A DNA stretch of 64,000 nt from Luteibaculaceae bacterium (GTDB lineage Bacteria > Bacteroidota > Bacteroidia > Flavobacteriales_D > Luteibaculaceae): the NCBI GenBank assembly GCA_036275295.1, contig DASUEB010000025.1:34332-98331 (forward strand), written 5' to 3'. Position numbers and translations under genes: made by a program. The stretch's first letter is position 1. Each line of letters opens with the position of its first letter. The notes under the pieces are model-generated. The model made no database searches, was not told the DNA's origin, and saw only the letters and a program-made list of their open reading frames with translations. This document shows, one piece after another, positions 19,288 through 27,555 of the stretch.

Positions 19288-20748
19288 TTATTGACCCTGT
19301 CCCAAGGAGTATCCCTTTACCCCATCAAATTCGTAGAGATTTTCGGTTTTGATCACCTCACAACCAGCCAGAATGGCTTGTTGCACCGCAGCTGGCACAT
19401 CTAAACGATCTACTTCACCTGCCTTGGCCTCCAACCTACAGCGCCAATGATCGGTACAAAACGTCTCTTCAAATCTCCCCGGCCATACTTTCACACCCCG
19501 GTTGGTGATCATGGTCAACTCGAGGCTTGGATGTACATGGGCCACGCGCTCAGCCAGTTCGTTCGGATCAACGCCCCGCCAGTCGAGAAAAAGATCAACC
19601 CCTCTGAGCAATTTGCGCGCCGGTTCTTTCCTGATGTAGGGTTTGAGTTGAAGCGATTCACCTGACTTGGCCTTGGCCAACTTAAACTTCGACGATCGCT
19701 TGCCCAAGTTAGCGATGACCCGTTGCGCAAATGCCTGTGTACCCACCTGCATCACCGAGGTATTTTTCTCAAAAATATCAGCCGTATGATAGCCCTCCTC
19801 TAAGGTGTAAGCCCATGCCTGAAAGATTCGATCGGCATAGGTGGGGAGTTGCAAGTATTGCAGCATTTGAACCGCAGCTTGCAGCAATCCCGATGGATTG
19901 GCGAGGTCGCGACCGGCAATGTCGGGCGCTGAACCGTGAATCGCTTCAAACAAGGCGCCGTGATCGCCTACGTTACCAGAACCCGCCAAACCGACAGAAC
20001 CCGACAACTGGGCGGTTACATCCGAAACGATATCCCCGTACAAGTTGGGCAATACGATGACATCAAAATCGCTCGGCGAATCTGCTAATCGGGCAATCCC
20101 GATATCGACGATGAAATTGGTCGATTCAATTTGCGGATATTCGGCTGCAATTTCCTGAAACACCTGATAAAAAAGGCCATCGGTTTGTTTCATGATATTG
20201 TCTTTGACAAAACAACTGACCTTTTTTCGACCGTATACGCGAGCGTATTCAAATGCAAATCGGATGATCCGCTCGCAGCCCGGGCGCGTAATGAGCTTGA
20301 GGCATTGCACAACCTCATCGGTTTGGCGATGTTCAATGCCCGCATAAACATCTTCTTCGTTCTCTCGGATCACCACTACATCCATGTTGGGGTGCTTGGT
20401 AGCCACATAGGGCGCATAACTCACGCACGGCCGAATATTGGAGTACAAACCGAGGGCCTTGCGCATGGTGACATTCAAGCTCTTGTAGCCCCCGCCGCGG
20501 GGTGTTGTAATAGGACCTTTGAGCAGCACCTTGTTTCGGCGGATAATTTCCCACGCCCCGTCATCAATTCCACTGGAATGCCCAGCCAAGTATAGGCGCT
20601 CTCCCAACACCACCTCCTCAAATTGGAGGGGAACCTCAGCTGCATGCAAGATGTTGAGCACTGCCTGCGTAATCTCGGGCCCAATTCCATCGCCGTATGC
20701 CACCGCCACGGAGTGCTTAAATCCGTCTCGCTTTTTTGTCTTTTCCAT
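19288..20748 (-). CDS. icd: isocitrate dehydrogenase (isocitrate/isopropylmalate dehydrogenase family, long form)
   Basis: GDGIGPEI N-terminal motif, NLYGDIVSD, GSAPDIAG, plus a C-terminal extension of about 130 aa. Confidence 0.85.
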   Translation of the reverse strand: MEKTKKRDGFKHSVAVAYGDGIGPEITQAVLNILHAAEVPLQFEEVVLGERLYLAGHSSGIDDGAWEIIRRNKVLLKGPITTPRGGGYKSLNVTMRKALGLYSNIRPCVSYAPYVATKHPNMDVVVIRENEEDVYAGIEHRQTDEVVQCLKLITRPGCERIIRFAFEYARVYGRKKVSCFVKDNIMKQTDGLFYQVFQEIAAEYPQIESTNFIVDIGIARLADSPSDFDVIVLPNLYGDIVSDVTAQLSGSVGLAGSGNVGDHGALFEAIHGSAPDIAGRDLANPSGLLQAAVQMLQYLQLPTYADRIFQAWAYTLEEGYHTADIFEKNTSVMQVGTQAFAQRVIANLGKRSSKFKLAKAKSGESLQLKPYIRKEPARKLLRGVDLFLDWRGVDPNELAERVAHVHPSLELTMITNRGVKVWPGRFEETFCTDHWRCRLEAKAGEVDRLDVPAAVQQAILAGCEVIKTENLYEFDGVKGYSLGQGQ

Positions 20749-21028
20749 ATTCAGATTGAATTTGTTTCGACAAAGGTCAGGCGAATGATTTATAAATTTT
20801 TATTTATAGTTTTTATTATAATAATATACTAAAATTTATAACATAGCGCAAATGCCGAATTTGGCTACGGAATGGGAACCACATCACGATGGGTAAAAGC
20901 GGTTTGCTGAGGGGATTTGGATTAATTCCCTTGAGGAGATTAGGCGAAGGCAACCTGGGGTTTTTCTGCGCATCGTGCATTTGAACAACCCGGGTGAATT
21001 AAGTAATTTAGAGCAGCAAATCCCTGTT

Positions 21029-22384
21029 ATGAAATTGTTGGTATCCATATTATGGCTTTTCACAAGTACATGCGCATGGGCAAGCCCTCGCTACCAATTA
21101 CACGTCAACCCTCTAGACTGCCCTGATTACGCCCAAACTCTTTCAGAAGTTTTGACCTATTTTAATCAACAACGTTGCCCGTTGGAAATCACAGTGGTAA
21201 GCTTACACAAGAAGATGGCAAGGCAGCAACTTCAGAGCATTGTCCAAGGTCAATGGACAGAATCACCATACATAACAGTACGTTCAACCGTAAAGGACTT
21301 AAACAGGCCAAATGCTGGTTACTCAAGACTGTTGATTAGCTTCAACGGTGACACGCTATATCACGCAGCCCTGTCTGATGTAAGACTTGAAGAGATTCAA
21401 CCCTTGATTCGCCAGCCACTTTCTGTCGTCAAAATCAGTGAAAATCCGCTTCATCCAAAAGTAAAGCAAGTGTTAAACCCCATTAATCAGCAATACACTC
21501 AATTGGATTCGATCAAGATATTTTACAGTAGTCTTTATCGCACCTTCACCACAGCACACGGTGATTCAGTGTACAAAACATGGGATTATCTCGATTCATT
21601 CAAGCAACTGCTAAAAAACTCGGGCAGAATGGGCACCATCCGACTGGATCGGCCATTTATAACTGCGCAAGGTATTTTTCTGAGTATCACCATGCAAAAA
21701 GAAATCAAAGAGCAGTATCTTGGTTTCATTGACAAAAACAACCTTGGAAAGCTTCAAGCCATCTGGAAATTATCCAATCCCGACAGCATTTATCCGTTGA
21801 CCGACCTCTCGTTTTACGTTAGTGGAGAACATTTGTACACTGCACTCCTACAAAGCGGCAACGACTCACTCGTGCGAGCACAAAAAGAGGATTTCCGAAT
21901 CTTAGGAAAGTTCACTTTCACAAATAACCAACTCAAGCTTGATGGTTTCACGGAAGAACGGCTGCATCCTTATTTTGTAGAGAACAATTTGGGTATATAC
22001 AACTCATTTCCGATTTTCCCAACCTCCACCGACAGTGAGTATACCTACGGATTCACCTATTACCCGGCGATTTTTAACAAGGGGGGATATCAACTTTATG
22101 ATCAGGCCTACCTCGATAGAATTAATTTGCGAGCACGGAAGCTAAAATTCAGGCCCTATAAATGTTTGGCTATCCACAAGGAAGGCAGTGATGTGTGGAT
22201 CATTGCTAAGATCCGGTCAGTCGATTACCTAATTTGGATGCATAACGGATTGGTGATAGATCGAATAAAACTCGCCAGACACCGCGATCTGACCACTTAC
22301 TCCATGAATTCGAAACAAATCCTTGTTTTCATTGGTAGAGTAATCGGATCCCCTCGAACTGAGACCTACTCATACCGCAATTGA
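21029..22384 (+). CDS. secreted protein, no recognisable family
   Basis: Start taken at MKLLVSILWLFTSTCAWA (signal peptide). Visibly AT-richer than its neighbours. Confidence 0.55.
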   Translation: MKLLVSILWLFTSTCAWASPRYQLHVNPLDCPDYAQTLSEVLTYFNQQRCPLEITVVSLHKKMARQQLQSIVQGQWTESPYITVRSTVKDLNRPNAGYSRLLISFNGDTLYHAALSDVRLEEIQPLIRQPLSVVKISENPLHPKVKQVLNPINQQYTQLDSIKIFYSSLYRTFTTAHGDSVYKTWDYLDSFKQLLKNSGRMGTIRLDRPFITAQGIFLSITMQKEIKEQYLGFIDKNNLGKLQAIWKLSNPDSIYPLTDLSFYVSGEHLYTALLQSGNDSLVRAQKEDFRILGKFTFTNNQLKLDGFTEERLHPYFVENNLGIYNSFPIFPTSTDSEYTYGFTYYPAIFNKGGYQLYDQAYLDRINLRARKLKFRPYKCLAIHKEGSDVWIIAKIRSVDYLIWMHNGLVIDRIKLARHRDLTTYSMNSKQILVFIGRVIGSPRTETYSYRN

Positions 22385-22441
22385 GGTAAGAGAGATAAAA
22401 ACAATTACTTGATAGCTTAATCTGGTAATTTTAGGTGGATG

Positions 22442-22902
22442 AGTTTCACTGGCGCGGCTGTTATAAGCCGCTTCGGCGAACAAGGCCCGCCATCGCTTCT
22501 CGACTGCGTCTCATAGCTTCGTTAAACCCAAATCTGTTATCTTACAATACATGTAACACCCCTTGCAGTGCGGACCTGTCCGCCGTAGCCCGTGGTTAGG
22601 AGTTTAAACGAGTTTTGATATGACAAGTTCACCTTCGCGGCTTGAAAAGCCGCTTCGGCGAGCAAGGCTCACCTTCGCTTCTCGACTGCGTCTCGAAGCT
22701 TCGGCGAGCAAGGCCCGGCTTCGCTTCTCGATTGCGTCTCGAAGCTTCGTTAAACCCAAATCTGTTATCTTACAATACATGTAATACCCCTTGCAGTGCG
22801 GACGTGTCCGCCGTAGCCCGTGGTTAGGAGTTTAAATGAGGCTTGGTATCATAAGCCCGCCTTCGCTTCTCGACTGCGTCTCGAAGCTTCGGCGGGCGAA
22901 GG
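22442..22902. repeat. about 2.3 tandem copies of a 185-230 bp structured non-coding element
   Basis: Copy 1 spans 22442-22612, copy 2 spans 22625-22840 (with an internal 46-bp duplication), and a partial copy spans 22851-22902. The motif TCGCTTCTCGAYTGCGTCTC..AGCTTCG starts at 22493, 22675, 22721 and 22863. Confidence 0.85.
22855..22897 (-). other. long imperfect hairpin 5 nt downstream of the tRNA-Ser 3' end
   Basis: GCCCGCC (22855-22861) pairs with GGCGGGC (22891-22897). There is an inner CTTC/GAAG stem and a 13-nt loop. Only a short T-run follows. Confidence 0.5.
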
Positions 22903-22990
22903 CGGAGAGAGGGGGATTCGAACCCCCGATACCCTTTTGAGGTATACACACTTTCCAGGCGTGCTCCTTCAACCACTCGGACACCTCTCC
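22903..22990 (-). tRNA. tRNA-Ser (anticodon GGA)
   Basis: Folded by hand: acceptor GGAGAGG/TCTCTCC, 3-bp D stem, anticodon loop CTGGAAA, long variable arm ATACC...GGTAT, T arm GGGGG-TTCGAAT-CCCCC, discriminator G. CCA is not encoded. Confidence 0.9.
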
Positions 22991-23018
22991 TTAACGATGG
23001 CGAAAATAATCATTTCGG

Positions 23019-24047
23019 CTATGCCAAACCCAATTCACCGGCACGATCTGTTTCAAAAGCCACTTTGAGCTCATCCCCTTGATACCCTTTACCCGCTAAA
23101 TACATCCATTTAGTCAACGCCGCTTCGGTGGTCATATCACCGCCACTAATTACCCCCATGGCCAATAACTCCCTGCTGGTCTCGTATTTACCCATCATCA
23201 CCCCACCACCGTAACATTGCGTTACATTGATGACCGTGCCGCCCTGACGCAAGTATCCCTGCAATGCCGCCAAAAACCTAGGCTCTGTCATGGCATTGCC
23301 AGCGCCAAACGACTCCAGTAACAGTGCACGTACTTTACCCGCCCTTACCACTGTCTCCAGTAAATCCATAGGCATGCCGGGAAACAGTTTGATAATAAAG
23401 AGATCGGTTGCCAACTGCCGCTGAACCTTCAGCTCACCCGCGCGAACAGGCAGAATAAATCGATCGTGATACTGAATGGTGATACCTGCTTCGGCTAAAT
23501 TGGGGTAGTTCGGACTGTGAAAAGCATCAAAATGCTCTGAGTTGTATTTCCGCGTCCGATTGCCGCGCATGAGTCGCGACTCAAAGTAAATCGCCACCTC
23601 CGGAACCTGCGGACTGCCATCGGCCCTCTTCGTGCCCGCTATTTCGATGGCGGTTACCAAATTCTCCTTGCCATCGGTGCGCAACATGCCAATGGGCAAT
23701 TGAGAACCCGTGATAATTACCGGTTTGTTCAGATTCTCGAGCATGAAACTCAACGCCGATGCAGTATATGCCATGGTATCGGTGCCATGTAATATCACAA
23801 ATCCATCAAATCGATGGTAATTTTCTTGGATCCAATCGGCCAACAAAACCCAGTGCCGAGCATTCATATCGGAACTATCGATAGGCACATCAAACGACCT
23901 AACCTCGAGGTGCAGGTCGAATTTCAGCAACTCCGGTATTTGCGCGGAGAGCTGATCGAAATTCAGGGGCATCAAGGCGCCTGTTACCGGATCTTCGGCC
24001 ATGCCGATGGTGCCTCCGGTGTAAATAATCAGTACACTCGAATTCAC
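23019..24047 (-). CDS. ansA: L-asparaginase, type I
   Basis: VLIIYTGGTIGM active-site motif and HGTDTM. Confidence 0.9.
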   Translation of the reverse strand: MNSSVLIIYTGGTIGMAEDPVTGALMPLNFDQLSAQIPELLKFDLHLEVRSFDVPIDSSDMNARHWVLLADWIQENYHRFDGFVILHGTDTMAYTASALSFMLENLNKPVIITGSQLPIGMLRTDGKENLVTAIEIAGTKRADGSPQVPEVAIYFESRLMRGNRTRKYNSEHFDAFHSPNYPNLAEAGITIQYHDRFILPVRAGELKVQRQLATDLFIIKLFPGMPMDLLETVVRAGKVRALLLESFGAGNAMTEPRFLAALQGYLRQGGTVINVTQCYGGGVMMGKYETSRELLAMGVISGGDMTTEAALTKWMYLAGKGYQGDELKVAFETDRAGELGLA

Positions 24048-24051
24048 CCGA

Positions 24052-24486
24052 CTATAAATTCAATTCGTTGTCTATAAATGCCTTAGCATCGGCGTCGCCG
24101 CGCATTTCTAACCAGATCTCGCTTTGATCGCCACTGATGCTGAGGTTGTAAACAAAGAAATCGCAGCAACGCCGCTCGCTGGCCACAAAATCAACCAACT
24201 TCACCAAGGTGCTATCATCGCCCTTAAATCGAAACGCATAACCGTCATCAAGTGATTTTTTCTCCTGCATCGCCTGCTTGAGCCAAGGGAGCACGCGCTC
24301 TTTTCGCTCCTGCATTTCTTTGGGAGGCAGCTTGCAACTGGCTTCGGTTGATTTATTCTTGGCCATACAAGCTACCCCACAAGCTTCGGCATTCGCCTCA
24401 TCTGCACCGCGGTAGTCTAAGGCCAATACCAACACAGCTGCTGCAGTGAACAGGGCCAACAAGCCGATTACAATGATTTTTTTCAT
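24052..24486 (-). CDS. exported or membrane-anchored Cys-motif protein, function unknown
   Basis: N-terminal hydrophobic anchor, CGVAC and ERRCCDFF motifs. 4-nt overlap with the upstream TatD-family gene. Confidence 0.55.
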   Translation of the reverse strand: MKKIIVIGLLALFTAAAVLVLALDYRGADEANAEACGVACMAKNKSTEASCKLPPKEMQERKERVLPWLKQAMQEKKSLDDGYAFRFKGDDSTLVKLVDFVASERRCCDFFVYNLSISGDQSEIWLEMRGDADAKAFIDNELNL

Positions 24487-25256
24487 GTTAGCCTAAATAA
24501 GTTAACGGCATTCTCGCTGGTGAGGCGAACAACCTCCTCAATGCTAATTTCGTGAATTTCAGCGAGCTTTTGGGCTATCAAAGCCAAGTATTTTGGTTCG
24601 TTGCGCTTTCCGCGGTGTGGAGTAGGGGCCAGATATGGCGCGTCGGTTTCCAAGACCAATCGGCTGATTGGCAAATCGTTGACCACTGCTTCGAGACCCG
24701 ATTTTTTAAACGTCAGCACTCCGCCCAAACCGAGGTAAAAATTAGGGTAGCTGAGTGCCTTTTGCGCTTGAGATGCGTCGCCGCTAAAACAGTGAAACAC
24801 CCCGCGCAATCGCGAATCGGCCGCGCGATCCATCACCTCAAAAACCTCGTCGAACGCATTTCGCACGTGAATGGCCACGGGAAGATCGAATTCAACCGCC
24901 CATCGCAGCTGCTTTTCAAAAGCCACCTGCTGAAGCGGTAAGGTGTCTTGCTCCCAGTACAAATCGATTCCAATCTCGCCCACCGCAATGTACTTGCCCG
25001 TGCTCAATTCGCTGTACACCCTGTCGAGGTAACTCATGGTATCCGCCTTGACATAACAGGGATGCAAGCCCATCATAGGAGCAAACAACTGCGGATCTTT
25101 TTCGCAGAGCTCCCACATCCTGCCTTCGCTATCGGCGTCAATATTGGGCAATAAAATCTTGCCCACCGCAGCCTCTCGGGCCTCCTGCACTACCCTTTCT
25201 CTGTCTGCATCAAATTCCTCAGCATAGAGATGACAATGCGTATCAATCAACATCAT
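24483..25256 (-). CDS. TatD-family metal-dependent hydrolase
   Basis: LIDTHCHL N-terminus, GEIGIDLYW, VLETDAPYL. Confidence 0.9.
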   Translation of the reverse strand: MMLIDTHCHLYAEEFDADRERVVQEAREAAVGKILLPNIDADSEGRMWELCEKDPQLFAPMMGLHPCYVKADTMSYLDRVYSELSTGKYIAVGEIGIDLYWEQDTLPLQQVAFEKQLRWAVEFDLPVAIHVRNAFDEVFEVMDRAADSRLRGVFHCFSGDASQAQKALSYPNFYLGLGGVLTFKKSGLEAVVNDLPISRLVLETDAPYLAPTPHRGKRNEPKYLALIAQKLAEIHEISIEEVVRLTSENAVNLFRLT

Positions 25257-25260
25257 GCCG

Positions 25261-25268
25261 CAAAGGTA
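25261..25268 (-). promoter_or_regulatory. -7 promoter box TACCTTTG (leaderless geometry) for the TatD-family operon
   Basis: Exact TAnnTTTG on the minus strand, with 4 nt between the box and ATG 25256. Confidence 0.45.
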
Positions 25269-25293
25269 GTTCTTGAGCCAATTTGAAATGAAT

Positions 25294-25301
25294 TACCTTT
25301 G
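25294..25301 (+). promoter_or_regulatory. -7 promoter box TACCTTTG for the GT9 gene
   Basis: Exact TAnnTTTG, 16 nt upstream of TTG 25318. It lies inside the longer ORF-track reading, so it argues for the TTG start. Confidence 0.45.
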
Positions 25302-25317
25302 CGCCAAAATTCAGGTA

Positions 25318-26301
25318 TTGAAAAAAATCCTCATCATCCGCTTCAGTTCCATCGGCGATATCGTGTTGACCAGTCCTGTGGTGCGATGCATTCGTCAATC
25401 GGGCGATGTTGAAATTCACTTTCTTACCAAGACGGCCTTTGCCAGCATTGCCGAGAACAATCCGCTCATCGACCGCGTTCATCGCATGGAACACTCGATC
25501 GACGAATGTTTGCCCGCCCTGCAGCAGGAACAATTCGATTTCGTGGTTGATTTGCAGAACAACCTCCGCTCTTTTCGGGTGCGCAAAAAACTGGACCGAC
25601 CCTCTTCGACCTTCCCCAAATTGAATGTTAGGAAGTGGCTTTACGTCAACCTAAAACGCGACGTAATGCCGAAAACCCATATCGTCGACCGCTATTTTAA
25701 GGCGGTTGAGCCCCTGGGCATTTCCAACGACGGGCAAGGACTGGATTTCTTTATTTCGGTGAAAGACCGCGTAGTTCCTGAACTAACCTTCGGTTGGCCA
25801 AAAGAGCATTATATTGCCTTGGTTGTAGGCGCGGCCCACTTCACCAAGCGCATCCCGCTTCAGAAACTGATGGAAATTTGCGAACGCATACACATGCCTA
25901 TCGTTGCGCTGGGAGGAAAGGACGACGCTTTAGTGGGAGAACGTTTAGCAGCCGCTTTTCCCGGTAAGGTGCACAATGCATGTGGCAAATGTACCCTTGA
26001 TCAGAGCGCATCGGTCATCAAACACGCCAAGCACGTGATCACCCCCGATACCGGATTGATGCACATAGCAGCTGCGTTTCAACGACCCATCACCGTGGTC
26101 TGGGGCAACACAACTCCGCAGCTCGGCATGTATCCCTACCAAACGGAGACGCCATGGACCAGTGCCGAAGTGAAAGACCTGGGCTGCCGACCTTGTTCAA
26201 AAATTGGATTTAATCGCTGTCCAAAAGGGCATTTTAAATGCATGAACCTTCAAGACGCCCAATCCATTGCCGCATCCATCGATTCGCAGGCAATTTCATA
26301 A
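25318..26301 (+). CDS. glycosyltransferase family 9 (heptosyltransferase-like)
   Basis: (M)KKILIIRFSSIGDIVLTSPV N-terminus is typical of GT9, with DTGLMHIAAA in the C-terminal half. TTG start inferred; ATG 25288 is an alternative. Confidence 0.8.
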   Translation: MKKILIIRFSSIGDIVLTSPVVRCIRQSGDVEIHFLTKTAFASIAENNPLIDRVHRMEHSIDECLPALQQEQFDFVVDLQNNLRSFRVRKKLDRPSSTFPKLNVRKWLYVNLKRDVMPKTHIVDRYFKAVEPLGISNDGQGLDFFISVKDRVVPELTFGWPKEHYIALVVGAAHFTKRIPLQKLMEICERIHMPIVALGGKDDALVGERLAAAFPGKVHNACGKCTLDQSASVIKHAKHVITPDTGLMHIAAAFQRPITVVWGNTTPQLGMYPYQTETPWTSAEVKDLGCRPCSKIGFNRCPKGHFKCMNLQDAQSIAASIDSQAIS

Positions 26302-26328
26302 AGCAGAGCATAGGGCAATGATGGGGTG

Positions 26329-26841
26329 TTAGGGCAAGAACAAAGCCTTTAACTCCGTAGCCTCACTGGGATTCATCTTGCCTGCCAAAATTAAACTCAG
26401 CTGTTTCCTGCGCAAGGCGCCGTTGTAGCGCTTGATTTCTTCCTCCGTCTCGGGTTTCAGCTCGGGCACCTCAATGGGACTTCCATACTGATCTACTGCC
26501 ACAAACGTGTAGATCGCTTCGTTGCACTTCTGGCGCTTTCCGGTGGCAAAATGTTCTACATACACATCGAGAAACACCTCCATCGATGAGGTAAAGGCAC
26601 GACTCACTTTGGCTTCAACCGTTACAATATCTCCTAGGCGAATGGGTTTGTCGAACGACACATTATTAACCGATGCCGTCACCACAACCCGTCCACAATG
26701 CCGGGTGGCTGAAATGGCGGCGGCGTTGTCCATCCAGGCCAACAATTCGCCTCCAAACAAATTCCCCAACGTATTGGTCTCATTAGGAAGTACAATTCGG
26801 GTGGTGGTTACCAAGCTATCTTTTGCAAAACGGGCCCTCAT
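26329..26841 (-). CDS. acyl-CoA thioesterase (YciA-like hotdog fold)
   Basis: PNETNTLGNLFGGELLAWMD motif. Start ATG 26841 is supported by the -7 box at 26860. Confidence 0.8.
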   Translation of the reverse strand: MRARFAKDSLVTTTRIVLPNETNTLGNLFGGELLAWMDNAAAISATRHCGRVVVTASVNNVSFDKPIRLGDIVTVEAKVSRAFTSSMEVFLDVYVEHFATGKRQKCNEAIYTFVAVDQYGSPIEVPELKPETEEEIKRYNGALRRKQLSLILAGKMNPSEATELKALFLP

Positions 26842-26859
26842 AGCGATGTGATTGAGGGG

Positions 26860-26867
26860 CAAAGATA
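26860..26867 (-). promoter_or_regulatory. -7 promoter box TATCTTTG
   Basis: Exact TAnnTTTG on the minus strand, 18 nt upstream of ATG 26841. Confidence 0.45.
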
Positions 26868-26956
26868 AGGCAAGCCACAGCAATTATTTCTGTGTTTACC
26901 GAAATCTTTAGTATCATTACCTCAGTAAATACCCCGTAGAATAATTTTTTTTACCA

Positions 26957-27523
26957 ATGACCCCCGATTATTTTTACATTAAAGCCCTGCACATCATCTT
27001 CATGGTCTCCTGGTTTGCGGGGTTGTTTTACCTGCCTCGTTTGTTCATTTATCACGTAGAAGCGCAAGACAAAACCGCTGAGGTGAGATCTGCATTCAAC
27101 GAGCAGTTTAAACTCATGCAGCGCCGGCTGTGGTATATCATTACTTGGCCCGCCGCCATTCTTACCTTTGTATTTGGATTTTGGATGCTGTATATCTATC
27201 CGGAATGGCTCACCGCTCCGTGGATGCACCTAAAATTGGGTCTGGTTTTTTTACTGGCCGTTTACCACTTGGCCTGCGGCCGACTGTTTTCCAAACATCA
27301 ACGCGATGTTTTCCCCTATTCGTCGTTTAAACTTCGTTTGTGGAATGAAGTGGCAACTTTGTTGCTCATTGCCATTGTATTTGTAGTCGTATTAAAAGAC
27401 ACCATCAGTTGGTTGTACGGCATATTGGGCATCTTTATTATCGCTGGCGGACTCACTTTTGCGGTAGCGCGTTATAAAAAACGCCGTGAAAGGGCTGCTG
27501 CCCAAATGCAAAAAGGCGCCTGA
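26957..27523 (+). CDS. hemJ: protoporphyrinogen IX oxidase HemJ (UPF0093/CopD-like)
   Basis: YIKALHIIFMVSWFAGLFYLPRLFIYH N-terminus and 4-5 TM helices. Confidence 0.75.
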   Translation: MTPDYFYIKALHIIFMVSWFAGLFYLPRLFIYHVEAQDKTAEVRSAFNEQFKLMQRRLWYIITWPAAILTFVFGFWMLYIYPEWLTAPWMHLKLGLVFLLAVYHLACGRLFSKHQRDVFPYSSFKLRLWNEVATLLLIAIVFVVVLKDTISWLYGILGIFIIAGGLTFAVARYKKRRERAAAQMQKGA

Positions 27524-27534
27524 GAGGCGCCTTT
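27512..27534. terminator. bidirectional terminator hairpin overlapping the hemJ stop codon
   Basis: AAAGGCGCC-TGAGA-GGCGCCTTT, perfect 9-bp arms, between convergent genes. Confidence 0.65.
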
Positions 27535-27555
27535 CCAGCATGGTTATGCGAATAA

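Noticed and set aside
22580-22612. GTAGCCCGTGGTTAGG inside the repeat as a tRNA fragment or pseudo-tRNA
   Set aside because: It resembles a D-arm, but no matching D-stem partner, anticodon arm or T-arm could be folded. The similarity is too short to support a call.
20749-22990. Intact integrative element or prophage at tRNA-Ser
   Set aside because: There is no integrase, excisionase, transposase or phage gene, and no direct repeat of the tRNA 3' end at the far boundary. At most it is a remnant (see findings).
22642-23068. ORF-track proteins 22642-22827 and 22820-23068 (repeated FASRLRLEAS peptides)
   Set aside because: They are read-throughs of the tandem DNA repeats, and the second one runs antisense through tRNA-Ser. 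They have no start context and no promoter box.
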